Shown here piece by piece: positions 54,008 to 64,000 of a stretch of 64,000 nucleotides of DNA; the first letter of the stretch is position 1, and each line of letters begins with the position of its first letter. A program made the translations under genes and the position numbers. Below the pieces are notes generated by a model, which saw only the letters and a list, made by a program, of their open reading frames with translations, was not told the DNA's origin and made no database searches. This stretch comes from Saccostrea cucullata (taxonomy: Eukaryota), in NCBI RefSeq assembly GCF_032062105.1, contig NW_026929500.1, forward strand, positions 1 through 64,000. Direction: 5' to 3'.

Positions 54008-57000
54008 TGTACCTGTATATAGAATCCCTACAACCAACAGATCCTATAAACAAGGAGCATGTAATGGATAGGATTAGCTGATGACTGAGCTGCAGCAAGA
54101 TTTTTCTGTGCACAACTCACATGTCAAAATAGCTCTTGGTACAGGGGTATGTCTGTTTGGTCTGTTTGATGTTGAACATCTCAAATGTCAATATAGCTCT
54201 TGGTACAGGAGAATGTCTATCTGATGTTGCATTGTTTTCTTGCAAATGTTTTCACTTGCATTTCTGTGCTTAGAGTATGGGAATGAGTGCACAACATGTA
54301 AAGTCGTGTTAATACTAGGTTGTTATGTACTCATGTCTCTCTGTGCCAACTTGATTGACATTCCATGTTTTTGAAAAAGCAATATACATTCATACTTGTT
54401 CAGTTGTAAAGTGTTTTCATTGATTGTTCATCCATTTTTTGTTGCCTCTTTTTTCATGTCTTCATCATTTTCGTCCCCATCCCTCCCCAAGAAAAAAATT
54501 TTAAATCTTTAATTTCTTCATTTTCCCAAAAATTCTGTGTATGTCAAGAGTATGATTCTTTATACTTCAACAAATATCATTTGTAACATTCTCCAAAATC
54601 TATGTGAGTGGGAAAATTGGAAACATGCATTGGCAAAAGTGTATTTTGGCTCTAAATCAAAGATGTAGTAGTCCAGGTAAAATGTTCTATAATTCAAAAT
54701 TCCAATTCATGCCAATTTTTTGGAGGTGGTGGGGGTGTTCATATTACTAGGAGGTTCAAACTTGACCCAGAGATACTCTTGAGTAGTAGATTAATTATAA
54801 CACTGAACCAAGGTCACTTGGAAAAGGTCACGAGATTAGAATACATGTAGTAGTTTTAATGAATTGTCCATGACATATCATGCAACAAGTGTATTATATG
54901 AATTGTCCATGACATACATGTATTGTGCAGCAAGTGTAAAGGATCATTTTGAAGAATGCTTATGATCAATACATACTGTGTTTCATTATTGTATACTAAA
55001 TATATGGAGAAGTTCTAGGCTGCATGAAATGGTATTATTTTATTTTTGAAGGGGGGGGGATGATATTACAGATTTCTTTCAATGAAATTTTCAAATAATC
55101 ATGTTTTAAGTGCATCTTGGAAGGGGTATTTTTCTAGTGTATATCTATTTTAGAATGAGTGATGATGTTTGTCTCAGTTTGTAAGCTTTAATTATATAAA
55201 CATACATTAAAAAAAAATTAATATTGTTTATAATCACGATTTAATATTGCTTTTTAACAAGGTTTTATAATGTTTTCCACATATATCATAAAAATACATA
55301 TCAACTATAAAGTACTGTTTTATCTGCATTGTTTTCTGAATGTTTTCTGAATTGATATTCAAATCTGTTTTAAATTTTTTTGTTTAAAAATTTGTACAAA
55401 AATTGATTGAAAAGAACAATAATGCTGTACTCAGTGTTCTGTTTTAATTCTTCGGCAGTATTTTTCAGCTACATGTAGCTTACAATTTACTGTGTTGTCA
55501 GCCTCGAGCCCCTAGCCTTTATTGTTGAATTATCATTATTTTTTTTTCTTTAATCAGAGAATCTCATCTACTTTTGCTTGCCTCTTTCTTTTTGTTATGA
55601 TCAAAGTAATGAAAAACTTGCTGTTTTGTGTTGCTAGAAATATAAAGAGTCAACGGACAATATATGTCACTATAAGGAGTTTTTGATGTAAAGAGATATA
55701 TTTAATTCAAAAGATTCATTGATACAGTGCACTTTCTTTGTTGATTCTTTCTCCCATTTTAGAAAAAAAATCAATGAAGACTTCTGTGTATTTACCATTT
55801 ACGATCAACTAGTACACATGTTTGATATGGATATTATTTTGAATCATGTACGTATATAAATGTAATTTTTAGAAGTGTTGTGAAATAAAGAAATATGTTG
55901 CAAAAAATTATCATGTATAGTTTATACTGTTTCTTTTTCTTTCTCACAGAAAATTTTACAACCATTTTATGTAATATTTAAGTCTCAAACGATGTCTTTT
56001 ATTGTTTTAAATAGGTTTTCAATTCATATCAATCATTTGTTACCAAGTATTTATGATATATGACCTCAATATTGTTTTGTGATGCTTTAATAATATCAAG
56101 ACTTGTTTACATACCTGGATATTTATCAGTGAGTTGTAAAATATTTTTGTTTTGAGAAATACTTGTATTTACATGAAAAGAATTGTTTTTTTTTGCTTGT
56201 ATATTAAATTTATACATGTATGTACAAAACTTTTAATCGGCAATAATTTAAAGTGTTGAATACATTTAGCCACCGTTTTACTGAGAAGTTTGTTGTGGTA
56301 CCGTATGTAAAATAAGTTGCCTATAGTTTCTTAAGCAGTTTTCAAATTAAACTAGATAGATTCACGTGTTCACAGATGTCCCATAATATACTCAGTATTA
56401 ATAACAAGAAGCATATAGATTTGAAGTGGTTTTATGATTTTGAAGTATACATACTTGTATATTAACTTGCCATTGCTTTAAAAACTGTTTGTTTCTGTTT
56501 GTTTCCCAAAAGAAGATGGGTAAACAAGACATGCAAAATGCTAGTGCATGTAGCCTCAAGTATGTATTTAAAAAAAATCAAAATCAGTTTGTGAAATAAT
56601 TTAGAGCAAAGACTTGTTAACTACTGAAAAAATATAAATAATTTTTTTTTCTGGAAAAAGAATGACTGCACTTAAGCTATGAGAGTTGGAACCCGATGTT
56701 TTGCGCAAAATAAAATTCCAAAATTCATTAAATTAATGTTCAATAGGTATTAAACAATGTAAGAGCAGGTTTTGGTGTATTATATTACATGAAAGTATTA
56801 AATAATGCCGAGCGACACTATCTTTTAAAAAGTTTTGTCTCATTTCTATTGTTATTCATATGCATACCAGTTTTCAACGACTTTGTTTACATCGAGCCGC
56901 AACTTGACCATTTTTCTTATATGCACAGAATGTGTATTTTACTTTAAACCTATACATATCCAAAGGACAATGTTGGTCAAGTTGCGGCTCATATCTAATT

Positions 57001-59474
57001 TTAAAAAAAATGTACCCAAACTTCGCTCGAGTTAGCTTCTAAATTAGCAAGTCACCGAGTGTCAGCCCATGTGACCCGTTTGATATTATAATCACTTTTC
57101 TCAATGACATTCAAGTTTCGATAATTGTGTAGTCGTTCATGTACTTCCATTTTCAAAACATTATCATTGCGTACAATTTATTGGCGTTTTAAAGTTTACG
57201 TTGACTTCTTTCACTATAGTGTTTTTGTTCGGGGCATTTAAAAGAAAATTATTACATGCTGTACATATACATGTAGCAGTTGAAAGAAAAAAGTAAGAGT
57301 TTTAGGTGAGCTCACACCAAAAAAAAAACTAAACTTTTTATTTTATTTTTCCGTTACTAATTAAATTAGTCCACAATTATTATTCAAGATGATTAAGATA
57401 AAGTGAAAATGTCATTTTTTTTAAAATACACTGTAGGTTCGAACACATATAATTATTTTTGACAGCAAATACTACATGAGCAGTGAGATTTTAATATTAC
57501 AATTTTAAAAGAACGTTAGATAGAGAAAATTATGCAGTGCTTGATAATGTAGAAGCCAAAATTCATTTTCTTTAATGCATTGCCCTTTGTACTCTGAATA
57601 AAGGTCAAAATTGTAATCAAATGGCATGTCATTTATGGATTTATTGTGTGTACTTATTTCAGATTATTATACAGGTTGCAAAATTTTTCATTTATATTTC
57701 AGAAAATAAAAATGTATTTCAGTGTCATTTTCATCTACCAATAATTCTTTAAAAAGACACTACAAACCTAAGCGTAAAAATGCAGACATATATTTATCAC
57801 AATTTTGTTTATTTTTATGAACTTTTTGTTTTTCTCTTAATGTTCTGCTCTTTACTTACTCTACTTACTTACGTGGATACAAATTAATGAAATTATATGC
57901 ATGGTTATAAATCATTTATTTTTTGTACACAATGAACACAAAACCCTCCTCTCCGCCTTTTTCATATATAATGTAAATCAAATACGGAAAACCATGTGCA
58001 TATGATCCATTTCCATGCGATTTAAATGTTCCGCCCTTTGCTGCCACCTTAAAATAGCGGTCCAGTTCAACTTTCCGGAATTTATGGCTTAAACGTGTTC
58101 TTTTCAATAGCGTTGTATGTAATTAAAAATATGCATGACGAAAAATTCTGTGTGCTTGCACATAAATCATAGATTAATATAGCGATATATTGTAATGTTA
58201 AACTTAAAATGGGTAACCGAAAAGGTTCCAAATAACGTCCTTAAGTGCAGTCATTCTTTCTCAGGAAAAGTTTTTCATGATAAAAAAAAAATGATTACAA
58301 TGTATTTGGAATTTAATATTTAGCAGTAAAAATTCTGATTTTTTTTTTTTCTGAGAGACTGACGCTACACATTATAACTCATAAGAATAGCAACATTGAA
58401 ATCTTGTTTGTTATATGATCCTTGAATGAACTTCAAATATTTCTTTTAAAAAAAAAAAGGTATATTTCTTAAGCTTACTTTGAAGAAAAAAGTAAGATCC
58501 AGTTATGATATCTCGAAAAATTGTTTTAAAATATGAAGAAATAATCATTAATTTTTGTCCTCTTAACTTAGATGAATAATTTCAACAAATTAAATGAACA
58601 ATTAAGAGATTGTTCCAAGTTGTGGAGATTTAATTTAGATAATTATATTTGAATTCAATATTAACTGAAATATCAAAGAAAATTGAGATATAATTGACAT
58701 TTGTAATTTTTTCTCTTTTTTATTTGTGGAACCATAGGCATTTTTCTTCACTTATTTACTCATCTTCTTTAGTAGAAAATATTTTTGTGTGTAAATTGTG
58801 CTTTTGTTGAAACAAAGGTATTTTCAGGCTTGTTCGCCAGTCTTCTTTGCTGAAAATATTTTTGAAAATTGAGCTGATATGTACCTAAAATGAAGCTGAT
58901 ACATGTTACATGTAGTACATATGTACTAATTATTTAATGTACAAGGAAGTTTTTTTCATTTCCTAAAAATTTTCTTGTTGATCGAGGCTTATCGTAACTT
59001 TTATCATATTCATTTAATTAAAAAAAAAATCTTTTGCAATACTTTCTATTGCAATCATTAAATTATTTAATTACAGTTACAGTTTTTTTTTCCCTGCAGT
59101 TTTTCATTCTAGGCTAGCAGTATTTCATTTTTTTAACTTTAAGAACTAGTGCAATAAAAATTGTACAATTTATGAAAAATCAAAAGAATATGTTATATAT
59201 GTAATATGTTGAATTGTACTTGAACATATTTGTTTTTATCATGTTCGGAACAAATGACTCTTGTAAACAGCCCACAATTAATCTTCTTGAAGTTGTGAAT
59301 GGACATGAAATTGTCTTAGTTTTAATAGCTTACCTGGCTTAACTAAAATAAGCTCAATAGCAAGAAAATCCTATAAAAAAAAATTACAAAAAACTACATT
59401 CGGAAAAAAAGGGGGTGTTGCCCCCCCCCACCCAATATTCTATGGGCCAGGTAAAAACTCTGAAATAACAATTA

Positions 59475-59986
59475 CAATGAAGCGCATTGAAGTGGTAAAA
59501 TTCTCCGTTTGGATGAAAAGTTCTGAGTCATGTTTTGAAGGTCAATTATAACAAAATGACACGCCCATTTATCAAAACGAGTGAAGTAATATTCGCTAGT
59601 TTTAGGACATCCCAAATTAAGCAACATGAGTTACACTGAAATGGAGCTTTAAAAAAATTAAAAGGGAGATATAGAGACTCCCCGCTTCTGAGAAACACAA
59701 ATTGCAACGAATATGTACATTTTTTTGAACTTATCATGTCTATTGAAGTTACCACAACACATGTTTTGGTCGAACACGTGTTTACTCGGTGTTTATTTAG
59801 ATCCTCAATTTGATTGGCTATTATATTTATGGAAAACCTGTTCTACAGGTATTTGAAGAAACAACTTGACCGTTTTATCAATTTCTAAAGAAATGGGCGT
59901 GTCAAAAGATGACAATAAACACTCTAAATATAGCTCAAAACGTTCCATTCGAACGGAAAATTTTACCACTTCAATGCGCTTCATTG
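59475..59986. mobile_element. TA-flanked MITE (Tc1/mariner-like)
   Basis: TA|CAATGAAGCGCATTGAAGTGGTAAAATT...AATTTTACCACTTCAATGCGCTTCATTG|TA. Confidence 0.8.
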
Positions 59987-60143
59987 TACTAGTTCTTTAG
60001 GCAAATTTAATTCTGTACCTTGTTTAGGTTTTAATTTTATCAAAAGGGAGTGAAAATATTGCTGTACAATAAATTAAGATTGTTTTCTTTATTTTTAAAT
60101 GAATGTTTAGAGTGCACCATATATACGTACAGGGAATTACTTA

Positions 60144-60531
60144 TTAGGTCACCTGAGTAAACTCAGGTGACCTATTGCCATCTGTTTTCGTCCGTCGTCG
60201 TGCGTCGTGTGTTAACATTTGAACATTTTCAGCTTCTTCTCTGCAACCACTGAACCAGTTTCAACCAAATTTGACACAAAGCATCTATGGGTGAAGGGGA
60301 ACAAAAATTGTGAATTTCATGATCCCTGCCCCCCTGGGGCCTGGGGGGTGGGGCCAAAACCACTAAAATTAATGCAATCTTTAAAAATCTTCTTCTTTAC
60401 TCCTGGACATCAAGCAGTCAAACTGTTTGCATGATTGTAATCAACATTGAGTCCTTTATTAAAATTGTGAAATTCATGGCCCTGGGGTCAGGGGTACTTG
60501 TGCTAGGGTGGGGCTAAGTAAGTATATAGTG

Positions 60532-60565
<34 letters not shown>

Positions 60566-61746
60566 GCTCCTGGGTATTAAATAAACTAATGAAGTACATA
60601 GTTATGATGAGCAAGAGTGCCTCTACCAAAATTGTGAATTTTATGGCCCCAGGGTCAGGGGTTCTTGTGTTAGGGCGGGGCTCTATTGATTATATAGTGA
60701 AAATACATGAATTCTTTGAAAATCTTCTTCTTTGCTCCTGGGTATTAAATAAACTAACTAAGTACATAGTTATGATGAGCAAGAGTGCCTCTACCAAAAA
60801 AATGGCCCCAGGGTCAGGGGTTCTGGTGTTAGGGCGGGGCTCTATTGATTATATAGAGAAAATACATGAATTCTTTGAAAATCTTCTTCTTTGCTCCTGG
60901 GTATTAAATAAACTAACTAAGTACATAGTTATGATGAGCAAGAGTGCCTCTACCAAAATTTTGAATATTATGGCCCCAGGGTCAGGGGTTCTGGTGTTAG
61001 GGCGGGGCTCTATTGATTATATAGTGAAAATACATGAATTCTTTGAAAATCTTCTTCTCTGCTCCTAGATTTTATATAAACTAACTAAGTACATAGTTAT
61101 GATTAGCAAGAGTGCCTCTACCAAAATTGTGAATATTATGGCCCCAGGGTCAGGGGTTCTGGTGTTGGGGGGGGGGGGCTATATTGATTATACATGTATA
61201 GTGAAAAAACATTAAATCTTTGAATATTTTCTTCTTTGCACCTAGGTTTTAAGCAGATGAACTACCTATATAGTTATGAACAAGGGCCCTAATCTTCAAG
61301 AATTGTAAATTTCAAGGCCCCACGGTCAGTTGTACCATAGAGGGGGTGGGTGGGTGGGGGGGAGGGGGGGGGCTGTACTTATATACTGAAAATGAATGAA
61401 TTGTTTGAAATGTGCTCCTTGGTATTAATCAAATATTTTTGAACAGCATGAATGCCTTTCCAAAAATTGTACAATGTGTGGATCTAGGCCTAAGAGTCAA
61501 GGGTTCATGTGTGGTAGCGGCACTACTCATTATTGCTGGATATTACTGATTTGTTGAAATGCATTTTTTGTTCCCCTACCCTGCCTATGGGTATTAAGTA
61601 ACCAAACTAAGGAACTGCTATGTGTATAGTTATGATGACCAAATTGTAAATGCTATAGCATCTGGCTGAAAACATGGATCAAATTCAATCACTGGAAAGT
61701 TGTTGAATAATGCTCAGGTGACCTATAAGGCCCATGGGCCTCTTGT
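60144..61746 (+). mobile_element. HINE with Cg170-like repeats, copy C
   Basis: Same termini as copies A and B, roughly 7 monomers, central ones nearly identical. Confidence 0.85.
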
Positions 61747-62639
61747 CTTTTTACATGTATTTTGTTAACTCTTACAAGAAATACTCCTGTACAACAGGAG
61801 TACACTTGCTCTGTGGTTTTATTTTTCTTTGTCTTCCTTAATTTGTTAAGATATAGGAAAGACAAAGTAATATTCATAATTGTAGTGAGGTATTGTGTCT
61901 AAATAAATGTATAATTTATTAAAACGTTGTTCTATTTCTTTGATGATTTCAATCATACTCCATTTCTTTTTTTTCCTAGCTGCTTTCGCAAAAGTAAGGG
62001 GACATTAAATCTTTTGAATATAAGGGGTCATCTGTCTTTTTACCTTGGTCAGAAGTTTTGATTGAGAAGAGATAGAACTTTCATAAATCACATGTAAATT
62101 ACCTGTGACAAGACCTTTGAAGTTTGACCTATTTGATATATCAAAATAATATTTAAACATTACATTAAATTGGTGATAACTTTCGAGAAAGAAAATATAG
62201 GGCTTTCGTATTACACATGTTTATTACCTGTAACATTTTTTTCTGAATACACTATGATTTTTTTTTTTTACCCTGTGACTTTGACCATGAAGTTTGACCT
62301 ACTTTTTCAATTGAGGGCATATTTTTAAGTCAGTACTACATGTTGGTCAAATAAGATAAAGAGATCCTCAAGCGGATTCTGTTTATCCTAGAAGGATGAA
62401 GAAAATACACATAAGAGTCTTATTAATGCAATAAGTTGATAAAATGATACTTAAAAAAGTCCTTGAGCGAGAGGGGCTGGGAGGGTCCGACCCCCCCCCC
62501 TCCCCCTACTTAATCCGATATTGCATACATTCACAGAAATAACACTTTAAAAAAATCATTGAAAGCATATGTAGTTTTTTATTTTAAGGTTTGAATAATT
62601 TTAATTATTCAGCCTTTATTTTGGACCAGAATTATTTTC

Positions 62640-63165
62640 TTCTTTCGCATGATATTCAATCATTCTTCCTTTCTGTTTAAAAAAGTCAATTTTTGTTGGA
62701 TTCCGAGCCACATCGGCATCCCTGGAAACACTAAGGCTGACAGTGCAGCAAAAACAGCACTTCAACATGAAATTACTTTATTTAAAATTCCTTACACCGA
62801 TTTGAAATATCTCGTTAAAATTTATGTCGATTCTCTTTGGCAAATTTATTGGAATTTTTGTGATGATTTGAAAACAAAGTTAACAAATGTGACTTCGGTC
62901 TGAAACGTCAAGACGAAGTAATTATATCAAGAATACGTATTGGTCACTCTAAAATTACACATAAATACTTACTGAATCGGGAGTCTCAGCCGGAATGTAT
63001 ATCCCGTGACTGTCCGATAACTGTAAATCATATTTTATTAGAATGTTCTGATTTTTCGCCAATTCTTTGGTAATGCAAAAACGATACATGACCTTTTTAC
63101 AAATGTTAATGTACATGTAATTTTGGAGTATTTACATGAAACTGATTTTTACAATAAAATATAGA
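62640..63165 (+). mobile_element. 5'-truncated I-group (Nimb-like) LINE: RNase H and C-terminal zinc-knuckle region
   Basis: FCWIPSHIGIPGNTKADSAAK (RNase H). After a stop and frameshift it reads RQDEVIISRIRIGHSKITHKYLL..PECISRDCPITVNHILLEC. Confidence 0.85.
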
Positions 63166-63237
63166 AATGATTAGAGCAATTTTATGAGATATATTTAGAT
63201 GATTTTATTTCTAACAGTTTACATATTTTTAAATTTT

Positions 63238-63465
63238 AAGTCCGTCGGATGGGACATTAAATGGTACCCCGTGTCAAGGATAACAACCCCCTTGGCATGT
63301 AAAAGATCGTTTCTCTGGAGTTCGATAAAGAGTAGGCTCATTGGGGGCCGCCAGAGATACCAAAAAACTTTCAAAAACCGGTTAATAAACAAACTTGCCC
63401 GCCGAAATATGGCTGAAATATTGCCGACTTGGCGTTAAACAAAATAAAATCAATCAATCAATCCC
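63238..63465 (+). mobile_element. SINE 3' part or LINE tail ending in (CAAT)n
   Basis: CGGATGGGACATTAAA central domain and tail GGCGTTAAACAAAATAAAATCAATCAATCAATC. Confidence 0.55.
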
Positions 63466-64000
63466 TTACAATCCTTTTATGTAAGTCCTATCTGAACAGC
63501 GACGGAAAATGTCCTTATTCTAAGGTACATGCATGTATAGTATATCCCTAGTTCATATAGGTTTATATCATATCGGTTGAATTATTAGTGAAAATAATTT
63601 TGTTGAATTAAAAAAAATGAAATTGATCAGAGTCGGACAATGAAATAAATAACCATTTATCTGAATTATTTATCCCCCCCCCTTTTCATTCGTTAAAAGC
63701 ATTAGTCATGTCTTTTATTTACATGCCTTTAGCTTATTCAAATAAAATATTCTACATTCAACAGTGTTCAAGTGGAACAGGAAATATTTCAGCAATGAGT
63801 TCACGGTGTTGGTTTAAAATTGGATCGGGTTCGTTATACCGTAAAAGATATCCGGTGGGCAAACCCAAAAAACTCCAGTCTGAAGAAGAAAACAACATCA
63901 AGAAAATGACAAACGACATCGCAAAGTATGCTTTAAAAACTTTAATGTAAGGTAAGAATCCATTGTCTTCTACCATACAAACTTCTGAATATGCTGCTGG

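Noticed and set aside
60508-61068. 186-aa ORF with repeated MMSKSASTK motifs (also 24510-24716 and 60219-60434)
   Set aside because: It is a translation of the satellite monomers inside the HINE elements.
63708-64000. Overlapping short ORFs at the window end
   Set aside because: They could be part of a gene or TE cut by the boundary, but no motif was recognised and the strand cannot be decided.

Overview
AT-rich, intron-rich animal genomic DNA, most likely a bivalve such as an oyster (inferred from Cg170-like 167-bp satellite arrays inside Helentron-derived elements, tRNA-derived SINEs and pervasive TACATGTA). Six protein-coding genes can be assembled by hand. Two are tandem paralogs of an unrecognised ~600-aa low-complexity protein with 11 exons and only phase-0 introns (268-11694 and 15602-26336, +; copy 2 has a 2.4-kb CACTA-like insertion in exon 9). 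The other four are TARDBP/TDP-43 (-), NEDD8 (+), APRT (-) and CCDC102A (+). Introns and intergenic DNA hold many non-autonomous transposons. The most interesting signal is a candidate multi-part autoregulatory circuit in TARDBP. It comprises a UG/GAAUG-rich site resembling the human TDP-43-binding region around an AUUAAA signal, a 22/26-nt repeat array, a distal acceptor that would give C-terminally truncated isoforms, and a hairpin-enclosed poison exon in intron 1. All gene models and coordinates were read by eye and need transcript confirmation.
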